DNA from: Octopus sinensis
Taxonomy: Eukaryota
Length of the DNA stretch: 64,000 nucleotides
Reading direction: 5' to 3'
Assembly (NCBI RefSeq): GCF_006345805.1
Contig: NC_043012.1
Location: 19,096,001-19,160,000 of the forward strand
Shown: in pieces, positions 12,647 through 28,124 of the stretch
Layout of the letters: every line of letters begins with the position of its first letter
Position numbering within the stretch: position 1 is the first letter of the stretch
Translations under genes and position numbers: made by a program
Notes under the pieces: generated by a model
Seen by the model: the letters and a program-made list of their open reading frames with translations, nothing else
Told to the model about the DNA's origin: nothing
Databases searched by the model: none

Positions 12647-13810
12647 GTATGCATACATTCCTATGCATATGTATGTATGTATGCATACAATAATTTGTAT
12701 ATATATTTGTATTTTTGTGTGTTTGTTTTTATTCGTCTATCGTTTCATCCACACTTTATATGTCTGTGATACGTTCAAGCATGACATCTATATCCTGGCG
12801 ATATACCTGCTGTATCACAGTAAACAATATTTGAGTCAGGCCGACATTACATTTGACTTTCCCCCTTATGGGAGGCAATAAATGGATTTTTGTACCAGTT
12901 CTGTACTAGAATTGATTTATATCCGTGTTGTATTGCCGTGTCTTTCTACACGTGAAATTGATGGTCACTGGCATGTCTCAAAATGAATAAGCCATAATTC
13001 AATGACGACAACCCACTATTAACTGGGATCTCAAACAAAGACGATGTGTGTAGGCTAAATAGATGTAGACAGTTTGTATTAAAAACACCAAGGCTGAAAA
13101 TAGTTATCTATTATATCTAGATATTTTTTACATATATACTTTATCATTCATTGCAGTTTAAATGGAGAATGATGCTCTCGAATGTGTGATCAGCATTGTT
13201 GCCTTCATCGGGGTAAGCTTTACATGATGCGATGTGTATATCAAATAGTTAATGCAAAATCAATTTGGCTAATGTAGATATAAGCGCTAGAATATCGATG
13301 TTGAGGGTTTTTCATATTCATCAGCAATCAATCAGAAAAGACATGTTACGCGATGACAAATGAAGAAAACCTGCCCAATTGCATAGAAATCAACTCTTTA
13401 TAAATCCAAATTATGACGATAATACTAAGAGCAATCATTTTTGTCCACGTTTATTATTCGTAGCAAAACAACCCACCAGCGTCATTTTTCTCCAGACACT
13501 TCAGGCAATGAAGATCTAAAGACGTACATAATTGATTTAACAATTTAGCGTACCACATAAATGCAAAGATCTCAAAAGAAATATGTAAATATAACCGCCA
13601 ATAAATTAGAAGCAAGATGATTATTTTGACCGTGTACTTTAACCAGTTTTATTTATAACGATTGGTTAGACTCAAATGTGACACGTGTCCCAAGTGCCAT
13701 TTAGAGTAGCAAACTCAGGACGACACGATTACTTGATAGCCATGGTCCTAAACGTAATGCATTCGGATAAAGAAATATATATATATATATATTATATATA
13801 TATATTATAT

Positions 13811-13852
<42 letters not shown>

Positions 13853-14176
13853 ATATATTTATTTATTTATAGATAGATAGATATATAGATAGATAAATAA
13901 ATAGATAGATAGATAGATAGGTATAGATATAGACATATGTACATACAAGCATCCATACATACATAACAAATAAATGCAGCCTGAAACATTGCTTTAAGAT
14001 ACATAGCATATTTTATAAGTATGCCTGTTCAAGTATCATAATAGCATGAAATTATTATTAGCGCTTTCGGTTGTGTATCTAATTTTATCTCTCTCTTTTT
14101 CTCTCTCTCTATATATATGTGTGTGTGCATCATATAAATAATTGCTATTTGTAAATCTTTCTAGTATATATATATA

Positions 14177-15370
14177 CAGGGAGCAATGGGTAAATTTTCC
14201 CGATATTATATACATGGTTTCGCGCATGCGCATTGTTTGGCTCTTGTTTCATCGACTACTACACTGTGTTGTCCGGTCAGTTGGGCACGCAGTTATTGTG
14301 GTTATAAAGGCTGAGCATAGCGATTTAGAAATATTTTGTCTACAAAGTTTGTAAGGAGTTAGAGACTGAAAATAGAAACGTTTCACCAGTACTAAAGCAT
14401 TAAAAAACATTTTAAATGCTCTGATATCATCAGAACACATGAATTTATCAAACAAGTTCAACAGACAATTGCTTACAATCCCAGAAAATACATGAGGTCA
14501 ATTGCAAAACATTTTCATATGTCAGAAGGAAGAGGCAGAAATGCTATCCACGACAATATCAGATATAAATCTTATATGATGAGGAAAAGTCAGAAAAAGC
14601 CAAAGTAAATCACTACATCAGATATAAAAGGTTCTTAAGCAAACTGAAAAGTGCAGCAGAAGAATATTTGATTTGATTTTTCTCAACCGAGAACAACTTC
14701 GTCCAAGATCAAAAAGTTAACAGAAGAAATGAGGGATGGATAAGCGCAGAGCGTTCTGAACTTCCAAGTGATATGCATAAACAAATTTCCAGCAATGATC
14801 ATGGTTTTAGGGTTATCATCTTTGTCAGCAAAGAAGGACAAGTGATGCCTATTTAATTCTTTCTACAAGGCCTTAGACATAAATCTGCTGCCGACATTGC
14901 AGTCCTGGATATAGGTTTTGAACCCTAGATAGACAGTGTATGCAATAGAAGTCAATATGTGTTTCAGTAAGACTGTCATACATGGCTTTAATAACACAGA
15001 CTAAAAATGTTCATGATCACACAACTCCTATAATTTGGCCTCCTAATTCCCCAGATCTCAGTCCATTGGACTATTACATGTGGGGCGTTGTTGAAAGAGA
15101 GGTCAATGAACACGCTATTAACACCTACATTCTTTGAAAGCTGCCATAGTCAGCGTAATGTCCAAAATGAACCAGGACCGGTTCATTCAAGCATGTAGAT
15201 GATTCATATCCCATATAGAAGCCGTTGTTGAAGCTGAAGGTGGCTTTATTGAATGACATACTAGAAACGGTTTATTTTATCCTCATAGCATTTTTTAATG
15301 AATGCTTTTACATGTAATATATCTGTCTTTTTAGAGACATAAACCTATCCCCAAATATGTCACTCACCCT
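14177..15370 (+). mobile_element. Decayed Tc1/mariner-superfamily DNA transposon (maT/DD37D-like transposase pseudogene)
   Basis: Motifs *FFSTENNFVQDQKVNRRNEGW (cf. WFFSDEK..), YVFQ*D, WPPNSPDLSPLDYYMWGVVE and IEAVVEAEGGFIE* (stop 15254-15256). The ends TA-CAGGG...CCCTA-TA lie in (TA)n, but the TIRs are only weakly similar. Confidence 0.88.
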
Positions 15371-15577
15371 ATATATATATATACATCTATATATGTATAT
15401 ATATTTGTGTATATATATGTATATATATGTATACATGTATGTATGTATATATATATGATACATATATATTTCTGTGCGTACGCATACATATTTCTTCACG
15501 AGTTTTGATAGGAGAGGTGTGGTCATGCTGGGAGTACAGTCAAACGCATACACACACACACACACAAACACTCACAC

Positions 15578-15609
<32 letters not shown>

Positions 15610-17757
15610 TGCGCGCGTGTGTTATACGCGCCTGTATAGAATTTACTATTATAATTACTAAACCAATAGCTGCCACCTGTCGTAAATGTAGTGAAAACAA
15701 GTAGTAAACAAATGTGCATTAAGAATCTTAAACTGAATGCGCTTAAAATCTCTTACCGTAACCAAAACACCAATGTTGTTTGCAAATCTTATTTAAGGCT
15801 ACAACAGAACGAACAGGAAAACAAGTAAAATACATTTAGAATATATTCGAACACAAACAGTTATTTTAATTCCCCGAAGTCTCGTTTAGAAAATGATTTT
15901 CAAGGTGGATTGCATAGCATAAATGTGTTAGCATTTAAAGATATACATAAAATGGCTTCGAGTTAGAACAGTATCAATCAACAGAAATTAATCTCTAGGG
16001 AATTGGTTCCATTGATTCAAAATATTTGCCGTTGCTTTATTTTATTTTATTTTCTGTGTGCACATATGTAGTTAATGGACCTCTATTTTATTTTGTTTTT
16101 TTATTTCCTTTACATTGGATTCTGTTTTTTTTTTATATTTACTCCTTTAAACCATCATCGTTGAAACGTCTGATAATAGCAATTCCATTCATTATTATTT
16201 TCTTGCACACAAAAGAAAACTTTTTTCTTCTATTGTAAGGATGTTGGTAGATAACCGATACAGTGTATTATTATTCGATTGTTTACTTCCATTCGTTAAT
16301 TCTGAAAGAGTGAGAATGATATACGTGTATTTTCAGCTCAGTAGTTTGAAGAACAACAAAAGATCATGTTGTATTCATACATACTACAGAATGGCACAAA
16401 TTCTCTCCTGAATTATTCTACTGTTTAAAAAAAACGTTTAAATTTCATCGACACTCATGTCCAGTTATTTTGAAATATTCGTTTCTGTGTTTATTGTTTA
16501 GTCTCAGGTTATCACCCATCGAGAACACTTATCACCACATGAGTCTCAATCTTGGCTAACCAATCTTATATTCAGAAATAATGAACTTAAATAAGTAGGC
16601 TGTATATTGATGGGGATTTGAGTTGTTATTTCTAATATATGTAGAGACAACGTAAACACTTTATTTCTGGTCTAGTATAAGCTGGGGGTTGACGCTGAAT
16701 CACTAGCATCGTATCTGAAATAATTTTGATTCTGAAATTGGGTTTCCAGCTGACATAGCCTTCGGAAAACAATTTCTAATGAAAGATAGTCGTAATATTT
16801 GCTTCTTGTAGATGCTGCTAGCGCTTCTGTTGTTTTGCCTGATGTCTACTCTAATGGTACAGGCCTTCGATCGAATGGATCTTATTCTAAATTTAAAGAG
16901 TGTATATAGAAATATAATGCATATTGCATCCATGCAGTATATTAGAGAGCATGGAAAAAGACTGTGAGTTCGGAACAGTCTTATCAACTTAAGCAGAAGT
17001 TATTGTATTTACTCAATTCAATAAATGCGATTTATTGATCCTTCAGTGGAAATTGTAAATGAACACAAAGGAAAATTTCTGAAACGTTTCCAATAATACA
17101 CTTCTACAATCACTAGAAGCCTATCGCTTGCAATAGGATCACAGATACGCTGCAAATGTCAGTTGACAATATCTTTCGAACAAAATAATATCGCAAATAT
17201 AAGTAAATGTATGATATGCAAAATTATAACATATTGCTGAGAAAAAAAGGGATGGTAACTATTTCAAATCATTTCTTGATGCTTCGCTAGTTTCAAACAT
17301 AAACATTCAATTCAAATCTATGTCGCAGTTCAGGTAATAGTTATACTTATGGAAGACATAGTAGAAGATTTAATTTGCAAATAATACTTAACAAACATGA
17401 CAGTGATTGCAGATGTTGTTAATCTGGCATGAATACTCAACACTAAAACATAGCTTATGAACGAAACGTTTAAGATATAATGAGTGGTTTTGATTTCAGT
17501 GGAATCTATAAACATCAATATTTCTAACTAAACGTATCACCAAGCAAACATTTGATATTGATATTGAACACTTGATACACTTATTACAGGTCATTGTATT
17601 AAGAACAATTCCGGCATATGTATATGTATATATATATATATAGGATAGCATTTTGTACTTTACTTAATTATTGGTATATGTTTTAGCGTATATTTAAGTT
17701 TTCTGTATGGTATAATTTAATTATATCATTGTTGAATTGATAAAAGGTGGCTCTTCT

Positions 17758-17792
<35 letters not shown>

Positions 17793-19589
17793 ATGTGTGT
17801 GTGTGTATATGTCTGGATGTGTATACGTATGTATATATGTATATATATATACATACATACATGGGGCTGTGTTTTGGTCGGAGTTTGTGTGTGTGATGGT
17901 GTAATATGTTGTATAAATTCCTAGTCATATTTCTTTGTTTATAAGCTAATATGAAATTTGAAAATGCTCTTGCAGTTAGGCGACTGGTGGTTACATCTGG
18001 AAAATATGGGTTGCGAAATGTTTACATACAAAAACACCGAATAAGCGCAATCATATGTATGCACCGACACATGCTCTATATATGTTACGTCTGAGTTGTA
18101 GATATATACATATATACATGCTAATCATAAAACTAATGCATTTCTGAACATGTTCTGAAGGCATAAAATGACATAAACAATTTTAAATATCTAGACACTA
18201 TGATCTAAATAAATGCATGCAGTGAAATGTTAACTATATTTAGCTTGCGAATTCGATATCTATTCGTTACTAGCTTTTAATTACCGATTAAAAGAATAAA
18301 GACAATAGAATCTAAATTTACGCAGGAACCTGCAGTTCTTAATTACGAGAAGATTTCTTCTTGTTTTCGTTGACATTTAATAGACTAGAACAATCTAAAA
18401 ATAGAACATTAAAGTCCGTTAAGTTGCTACAAGGAAGCAAAGATTATATTTTAAGTCGGTTTGAACTTGTTACTGTTGCATATCAAATCATTTGAAAATC
18501 TGCACTTGAGCTTTTTATCTACGCATACAAAACGCAAATCCTAATGTTTATTCACCCTATATATATATCTATTCATATGGTCTACAACAGTTAATGATTG
18601 TGTGATTTTACAAGCGCGTTTGCCTTACCCAACTACAGTATTGTTAGCTATACGGAATACCGCTTGCATTGTGCCCCAACTGTGGTCGTATATCAATTGC
18701 AAAAGGTACGCATTACGCCGTTGTTTCTGATAAATGTCCAAGCTTTTTTTACGAGTGATACGACAGTGTACGGTTGCGTTCATGTCGTTGTGTGTATGTA
18801 TGTATGTATGTATGTATGTACGTATGTGTGTATGTGTGTATGTATATACGAATGTGTGTCCGTGTAAGCCGTATATACATACAGAATGAGACTCATGCTG
18901 ACTTCAGGCAAAACACATACACACACACGCATTCACGCACACAGACACAAACGGAATCAAACAGACATATACACACTGATGTGCGAGAAGAAAGAAAAGC
19001 TGTGCAATGTTGAGAGTGAGATATCAATACACGTTAGTTCAAACCCTATGACAAACTATTCCTCTTTCTCCATACTCATTAAGAATGAGATGCTCACATA
19101 CAGCTATATAGAAGAAAACAATTATTAAAATTAAATAAATTGGGAGAAAGTGAGAGAGAGAGACAGAGAGAGACAGAGACAGAGAGTAGGAGGGAACAAC
19201 TTTATGGTCTATTAATTGACTTTCATCTCTAGAAAGCTGAGGCTCTTCATTTTTCGGCTCACAGCGTCAAAATACAAATTTGTTGTCAGCTGTACTTTCG
19301 TTATCAAAGATGTTCGGTAACTTCTTTTTCCCCGTTTCATGAATACTTCCACAATTTCCTGGGGTCCAAACATATATCGAAAATGTTCAACGTCGTATCA
19401 ATGACTCTAAATATGCAGAACCAAAGCGGTTCAGCGAAAGAGTGCTTCTCTTATTGTATACTCAGTTTGAATTTGACTTTCTGTCTTGTTTTTCTTTTAT
19501 CGCTCTCTAAATTCACTATTTCGCGCTCTCTACATTTCCCTCTCTATATATGTATGCATATAATTCTGTGTGCATACGTGTGTATGTGT

Positions 19590-19605
19590 GCATATGTGTG
19601 TGACT

Positions 19606-19690
<85 letters not shown>
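19590..19690. repeat. (TG)n microsatellite
   Basis: Long, near-perfect TG run. Confidence 0.95.
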
Positions 19691-20289
19691 TATGCGTAAA
19701 TATAAAATTAGAATGGCTCATTGTTTCTTTTCGCTTGATATCATGCTTAGCGAACCTTGTTCATGTCAAATACTCAAGAATGAAAATTGTTTTCCCTACA
19801 GAGGAATTGCTCATACAAAATTCCTATTAGCATAATTTTAATAAAGTTAGCTCCACTGGCTATGAACAATTTGTAAACCACTTTCTCTTAATATTGTTAC
19901 ACTTACAATTTTTGTTGATGTTAATATATAGACCAGTAGTAACTCCGCAAACAAGGCGTGATAGCAAAGACACTGCAGTCGTTTCCAAAATCATGTGTTT
20001 AGCAATATCTAGATATAAATATTATGTAATATAATGTTTATTTATTGAAGACGTTGGGATGTTATTCCGTGTAGATTAACTGTCGTTTATAGCGTATCCA
20101 CGAAATAGGTAGTCCATCTTTCACTGTGATTGTGTGGATCGCTCTTATTCATTTCGTTGTATGTCCTGTGTTGAGATGTGATGAAAAGGAATCCACTCGT
20201 GTACAAGACATACAGACTCACATATACACAAAATTATATATATATATACATATTTATAATTACATATATATACTTATAGATAGATAGAT

Positions 20290-20382
20290 ACATACACACA
20301 TACATACATACATACATACATACATACATACAAACATACATACATACATACATACATACATACATACATACATACATACATA
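20290..20382. repeat. (TACA)n microsatellite
   Basis: Tetranucleotide run, seen directly. Confidence 0.95.
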
Positions 20383-23300
20383 ATGATGTGTTGTGTTTCC
20401 TGAGTGTGCTACAGGTACAAACGCTTGTACAAAAAGGCCACGACGCTGTTTTGCGGAGTGTTGTCATTTTGGATATCTTGTATGATAGAATACATTACCA
20501 ATTCAAGTCAGAGCGGTCATGAAAACAGTTGCTAATATGTATACTAAATATAATTATGTGTGTTTATTTGAATAATTTCACTTCATTCAAATTCGAAAAA
20601 TAAAATGAAATGGATAAATATACTGTAGCAGTGGCGATACCGCATGCTTTAGAAAAAGTCATACGGCACTCCTGCATATTCAAACCCACAGACTGGAGTT
20701 GTGGCTTTCGATAGCACCTGCATATCACTTGGGTTCATGATATCCCGCGTAACTGTGTGTAATTCATAGGAAATTACGTCATAGGAAGCTACTCTCAACA
20801 TATAAATAGTTCTAAGATAAGGGACGTTAAAAATCATCCACAAATTCACAACTCTGTTGGAGAATTCAGTCTCAGTGAAATAGTCTGCATTATAGAATAT
20901 AAACCACTTTTAAAAATGGCCCTCTTTATTTCTCCGAGCTCGTAACCCCCTCTGGTTGTGTTCCTTTCAAAAGCGTCACACACTAAAAGAATTGCAATTC
21001 TCTTAACTGTAAAGCAGAATTTACATATTTGCTGCCGGAAGCTAACCTCTTGTTTAGATCGTTTAGGTGGTTAACTCTCGTACATAAATTTCAATGAAAT
21101 TAATATTTCCGGCAAATTTTCAAGCAAAATTTATGCAACAAAACCCGACAGTTATTAAGGCAATCGACAGGGCTTATACTATCAGCGCCATTCTGTTAAA
21201 CAAAGTGCCTAATAAAGCAAAATTTAAAATATCATCTAATAATAAAATATAGTTACTCACCGCAAGCGCGCAAGCAAGTGCATGAATATATGGATATACA
21301 GGTCAGGGGGTGTGAGTGATTAATATCTGTATTCTATATAAAACATATAATGTATATGCCTTAATACATACGCAGGCACACCGCTCGTGTCTGTGCGTGT
21401 GCGTGTTTCCACATGTATTCATATATCAATATATGCCAAAGTTTCTATACATAGAGGGAACACTTTATATTTCAGATATGTTTTGTTAAAGACTCGAATA
21501 CGTAAGATTTCCATTTTTAATATATATACACATTATTAATGGTTACTTTAATATCTTTCTTAGCGTATGTCTTCAGTCTGGAAACTACTCTTCCAAACTT
21601 CATTACTATGACACTGAGATCTTTTTGAATGAATTTCTATATACTACAGACATATGGCTTCTTTATTTCCATAATGATTTTCTTAGGGGTAAATACGAGA
21701 ATTCAAATGCTTAATATCCTCTCGTGACTGTATTTTGTGCTTTTAAATATCAATATCAACTTATAATTCTATTTAAATACCGTAAGTTATTCTACGCTTT
21801 CAATATAAATGTGTCAGCTTCATATAATAGTTATGGTAAATTTTTATTTTGAATGCAACTGATACAATGATGTCATGGAAACAATGACATTATTATTGCT
21901 AGGAATAAATCGCTTGAAATACAAGACATGACAAGTGTTATGAATGGTAGAAACCGAAGAAGAGACAGCAGTAGCTTGCGTTGGTAGCGGCATTAATGTT
22001 AACGAAGATATATGTGGCAGCAGTGATATAAATTTCATACGAAGAGAACAGAATAGTAATGGAAAAGAGACACACAAGTAACACAGAAACCGCCACAGTA
22101 TGTCGATAGAGAGAGCGGAATAGTTTACAGCAATTGCAAAAACTGTGATAGAAGCAGTATGGTGTTTAGCCGTAATTGCATGAATCATGAAAGTTTATGA
22201 ATTAGAAAGTACTAATGAGCGAAAACAAACCTAGAACGAACACAAATATAAATTGCATGATTTTGTAAAGTTATTATTCACAAGAATAAAAGAAAGAGTA
22301 TTAAAAGAATTGAAGTAACTACAAATAATTTGATATATTCGTTCAATATCGTTTCAAACCAAGGGAGATTTCACTATCAGATGATTCATGGATGAAAATA
22401 TCATTTACGTAATTGAAAAGGGACAAAATATTTTTCTTTCTTTCGATCAAAACCTTCAATTCTCATGATACTACAAACGTGTAAATATTCCTAATACACA
22501 CAAAGATTAAGCGTTCTTCCTTAATCTAGTGTTTGACACTGAAAGGGCTTGAAAAATCTATACAGAAAAGCGACTTAAAGAATGCGTGAATTTTCAATTA
22601 CTATTTCACAGAGATAGTGGTGATCTAGCACTGATAAAAGAGCACTATCTAAATATATGTAGATTGTTCCGTTACGAAGTTACTTGCATATTATAGTTCT
22701 TATATGGATTTTAGCACCTTTTATTTTAAAACGTGGTGATTTTAATTTTGCTTTGCATCAATTCGGGAGCAATAACACAATAATGTTCTGAAGTCCACGC
22801 AGTAATCTCGTATATTGTGAAGTGATCTTATGACTAGTGTACAAAAATCATTTATTATTTGTCACATATACACTCACACTGTGGCATGCATGTATGTATG
22901 TATGCGTGTGTGTATGATTATTTAGTTTTTTTTTCATAGAATCCTTGTTAATAGAGAAAGATCCGGTTTCTAACCGACATCCACAACACATTCCGTACAA
23001 TATCAGCATCAATAATGCAGCTGTGCGTGACTGTGTGACTATATGCAAGTATTTGGGGTTAGTTCATAGATTCAGGACATATGCCTATGTACTTATATGC
23101 TAAACGTTCGAATAACTTTACATAATTTGAGATTTCGATTGAGGGTTTGCAACTGTAGTCTAGTAATAAGCTTCCTCCCTTCTGAATTAGTTCTGTATAT
23201 ATGTCTTCTTAAGCTGATTTTTTCTTAAGTTGATTTTTACGTTGATATCTACTAAACAACTGATTTCTAGTACCACGCATAGTTTCTCTTCTGTGTCACT

Positions 23301-25237
23301 GCTTTATCATGTTTGCATTGTATTGAGGCTTTCATTAAGAAATTCTTCCATTTCTCTTTCATATTATTAATGGTTATGATGTTCACCCCACTGTGACATC
23401 TTATATGTTTGGTCTCAGGTTCTCATTTCTGACGGATCTCATTGTTTACTGCACAACATCTTGTCTCATAATTAGATAATAACTTATATGTATACATACA
23501 TATGTATGTAATTTGTATATGCGTTTAAACCGTATTTACAGGCACAATGACACGACTGGGCGCGCATGCTAGGATGTTGGTGATGATATTTTTGGTGACC
23601 AATGTCATTATTTTACAGACAGTATTCTTCCCTTGTACATTAGTATTCCTTTTCCTACACAGCAAATTCCACTTTACACTCGATTGGATCTCAACGGCGT
23701 CGGTTGCATATTAATGTATTCCACACAAAACTGCTTATACAGAGACAATATTCATAATATTGCCGTCTTACACAAATCTGAGAAGCTTTAAGACATTAAA
23801 TATAAATGTATATAACATTTCATTAATTAATTTCTAGTAAGCATTTTGATTTGAAAAGGAAAACATTATTCATAAAGATAAACATCAGAAATAACTTAAA
23901 ATGTTTCTTCCTCTCTCTAGATGTAATCATAATGCCAAATTATCAGATTACAAGAGTAAAATACTGAATAGAATCTGCTTCATGTTTTATTATTATATTC
24001 AATGTATGGCATTTGATATGCACATTTGTACAAAAAGATATAGAATAAATATAATTTTGCATGGAAATTATGGCTATAAACAATTAAAGAACGTTGAAAC
24101 ATCATAAGTTCTGTTTATATGCAAACAGTATATTGGTATATTAACAAGTTGTGTTTTGTTGTTTACTTTTCGATAATGCCTGATTGAGTATCCGTCAGAT
24201 CAAGGATTTTACATTGCTGACGGTTTCATCTGTTTGGAGTTTTCAAACTCTAGATTATATTGTCAGATGAAGAAATATGCTCGAATAGGCATTGTCTGTT
24301 ATTTCTCTAAAAACAGAGGATCCATGTAAATTTTCCTTCGATAATTTGCTATTTGCATGAATAGAAAGTTTTGTTATATAGACAAACCTTTCTTTATCGC
24401 AAGTAGCAGAACACTTGATAATATCAGCAGGAGTATCAACACCTAAAAGGAAACTCAGTAGTGATCGCGGTGAGATTTGAACTCAGAATGTAAAGGTCCG
24501 TAATTACGTACTGTATATTTTAAAAGGGTGTAATAGTTGCTTTTCCCCACCAATTGTGGTTAGATGCGACGGGAAGAATTTTCTTTATGTACGGTAATCA
24601 ATTAAGATCACGAATTCTATATTACTTACTCAAGGGTTATTTAATATAGGCCTACAGAATAATAATTATGTGATAGGCCTTTTACGATGTCGTTCTTTAA
24701 GAGAATATTCTGAAATTCAATTTCAACTTTTAATGGTAAGATTATTAACACATGATTTATTAAATAACCAATTAATGATACTCTAACACATCAGCAACAA
24801 TATCTCCGGGAAGAATCCTTAAACTTAAATATTTCGCTCCTTTCCTTCAAATCTATTCACGCGCACATCTTCCTGTAAACATTTCATATCGGAATCACTG
24901 CCTTACTTTATAAGGAGGGAAACTCCTATCAATTTAATCCAAAGTGTTTTTGTAAAATCACACTGTTCGCAGGTAATTAACAGTCGAAATCTTTCTAATT
25001 GCCATGCATTCTAATTGGGATGATTTGTAATATTTTATCGTTAGGCTATTAAATACAGAGTAAACGCAACTCGAGCATAAATAGAAGGAAGCTGTAATAA
25101 TTGAGGAAATGTATGCGATCATCAGTGTGTATTTTTCGTAGATTTCAAGAAATGAAGACATTCGATTCGATAGATGAATAAAAATAGTGTGATCAAAATA
25201 TTCGTAGTACCAAACAGAAATAATTACTAGTACTAAA

Positions 25238-25482
25238 GCAGGAGTGGCTGCGTGATAAGTAGCTTGCTTACTAGCCACATGGTTCCGGTTTCAGTCCCAT
25301 TGCGTGTCACCTTGGGTATTTGTCTTCTACTATAGCCTTGGGCCCATCATAAGCCTTGTGAGTGTATTTGGTAGACGGAAACTGAAAACTGTGTCTTTGT
25401 GTATGTGTGTGTGTGTGTTTCTATGTTTGTCCCGCAACATCGCTTGACAACCGATGCTGGCGTGTTTACGTCCACATAACTT
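25238..25482 (+). mobile_element. SINE family B, 3'-truncated just before a foldback element
   Basis: GCAGGAGTGGCTGCGTGATAAGTAGCTTGCTTAC...CACCTTGGG...CGCTTGACAACCGATGCTGG...CATAACTTA, after which the homology stops. Confidence 0.88.
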
Positions 25483-25509
25483 ATTTGTTACATCATAAAG
25501 TAATGGCAT

Positions 25510-25788
25510 TTTTATATAACCTTAAAGCTTATGGCGATCACCGTGCAATGTCTATGGAAGACTAAGTAAAATAGTCTAATAAAGCGGCATATAAGCCCTC
25601 TACGCAGAAAGGAAGGTTTTCTTCTCCGCGTAACACATTTAGTTGCTTTAACAAAGGGATGTGTGTTCGTTTCCCACGTAGATAGGAAAGCCTTCTTTTT
25701 TTCCTGTCGAGGTCTTATATGCCCATTTATTAGACTATTTTACTTAGTCGTTGCACGGTGATCGCCATAATTTTAAGCTTATATAAAA
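25510..25788. repeat. Long imperfect palindrome (foldback/MITE-like hairpin, arms ~115-120 bp)
   Basis: TTATGGCGATCACCGTGCAA pairs with TTGCACGGTGATCGCCATAA. GACTAAGTAAAATAGTCTAATAAA pairs with TTTATTAGACTATTTTACTTAGTC. GGCATATAAG pairs with CTTATATGCC, and GAAGGTTTTC with GAAAGCCTTC. Confidence 0.92.
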
Positions 25789-25853
25789 CACAATTATTAT
25801 TATTTACAGGATTGTAAAAACGGTGATGCATAAAAAACCCTTTCGGACCGAAA

Positions 25854-25929
<76 letters not shown>

Positions 25930-27909
25930 TTGCAATACTTTCCTAAGCATTTTCATTTAAAAGAGTATCTTTCCTGCTTAAAAAAAATGCAATGGCTGAG
26001 GATAGGGGTTTATATCATTCGAATCTCCGTCACTCCAATACCCAAAATTATGCAGTGCATGAAGTGAAAATTCTACTTATTCCTCACAACATGCTACATT
26101 CTTAGAATTAAAAAGAAAATCTGAAACATGATCTAACTCATTTACTGAAAAGATACCATATAAAAAATTTGGAAATTAACTTTCGCAGCAAGAACAATTT
26201 TAGTCAATGTGAACCAGGATATCAATTGAGATGTCGTTGACAGATATTGAATTGGAGCCAGAGTTGTAATTCTATAAAAGATTTTGAATTGCATTGAAGT
26301 TTTGTAAATACTAGACAGTGTCATAGCAATGTATGAAACACTTATTATGTACATATACCCGCGCACGGGTGCATCTGAACGAACCACGATGGAGAATCAC
26401 ATAGTCATTTTATTATTGGATTTACGAGCGAAATTACTGGGCAATTCAAACAATGTGTATTGCAAACATTTCTCAGGTGCATATCTGTGTATACACACAC
26501 GCGCATATCCAATGATTAAGACTTCATTTTGTCAGATGTTAGCACCGTCACAAATATTTGTACATCGATGGATGAAAATGAAATGCACGTATGCATCACC
26601 TATGACCCTCTAGATATACTTAACCGTAAAGTGTTTCAAGGGCAGATTTATCTCAGATTTCCTTTTCCTATGCTCTTTTCAAAAGTTGAAAATCCACAAG
26701 TCGTTTGCCGTTTTACTTTGCTGTTTTCCGTTTCCTACACTCTTATTCTACGCCCAGTCACAAACTTGCGCATTTCTACATACACGTATACTTACGGACA
26801 TGCTTTTGTACACATTTCTGATATGCACATCTCTTATCCGTTTAGTATCTCAGTCCATTAACCGTTACTCTTGGCAACAGTTCGTCTTTAGCTGAGTAAG
26901 CTTAGGCCCATTGATAAAATTGTTTGGATTAGGGGAAGATGTTTCGAATAAGAAAAAAAATTAAGTAAATAAGATAAAATGAATCTTTATAGAAATAAGA
27001 TAAAACCCTTTTCTATACTTATTTATTTATTTATTTTGACACACATGTTATATGTTCATATCTTTTCTTCCTTCAAAAAGCAATTGTTATGTAGAGAAGT
27101 ACTGTGGCCGAGAGGAAAATATATGTATACATGTATACCTGGAAATGCTTTACAACCTTTACTGTAACGACGGTAACGAATACTATAGGCATAATACTTG
27201 TAATGTTTCTAAGAGAACAATAATAATAACAACATTAACAACGATAACAGCATGAATTTCAAATGAGAAAATTTTGTCTGATTCTGCTCCTAATAACATA
27301 GATTGAAAAAACGAAAATAAATCTAATGGACAAACAAAAGTGTGGAACGTCAGATATGAATCTAATACACGTCGAAATTATTAAACATTACTGCATATTC
27401 TAACTGGACTACTATTATTAATTATGATAGTAACCATACTATATCCTGTTAAGAAATTATCAGTGTGCATTTTCTTAGAACTGGTTCTATAATCGTGCAT
27501 CGGAAATATACGAATGATTATGTCAGATCTTCTGCTAATATTTTCAAAGATACAAAGTAAAAATTTCGACATCACCAGTGTAAATTAGCAGATATTTCCA
27601 TTACTAGTGACATCGCAAAGTAAAAAAAATACTGAAAAAGATATGAGTTCAAGCGGCATAACATTCTATTCCACATTCCAGCGAAAACTCTTCTTACTAC
27701 ATATACAAAAAGGGACAATATATTGGTATGGTTATTAAAGGAAAATACTCATCTACGTTTAGTCTTGGTTTCACAAAAAAATGTTAAGGGAGTAGTTCTC
27801 AAAAGGAAAGCAAGTCACAGTAAAAATTATCAGAAATTCATACAGTATGGAAGAAGAAAAAAAAAACGGAAAATGTATATACATAGATTAAAGTCAAGAA
27901 TAGAAATAT

Positions 27910-28124
27910 TCTTTTCTACTCTAGGCACAAGGCCCGAAATTTTTGGGGAAGGGGACCTGTCGGTTAGATCGACCCCAAAACACGACAGACACTTAATTTA
28001 TCAACCTGGAAAGGATGAAAGGCAAATTCGACCTCGGCGGAATTTCAACTCAGAACGTAGCGAAGGGCGAAATACCGCTAAACATTTCGCCCGGCGTGCT
28101 AAGGATTCTGCCACCTCGCTGCCT
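27910..28124 (-). mobile_element. SINE family A with TSD (alternative tail)
   Basis: Minus-strand head AAGGCAGCGAGGTGGCAGAA and tail GGGCCTTGTGCCTAGAGTAGAAAAG. TSD TCAAGAATAGA at 27894-27904 and 28125-28135. Confidence 0.9.

Noticed and set aside
13170-13215. Minus-strand CCGATGAAGGCAACAATGCTGATCACAC, resembling a hammerhead
   Set aside because: There is no GAAA, stem II is imperfect and stem I is not convincing.
20770-20830. CRE-like TTACGTCAT, TATAAATA and GATAAG cluster suggesting a promoter
   Set aside because: Such short motifs are expected by chance in AT-rich DNA, and no downstream exon was identified.
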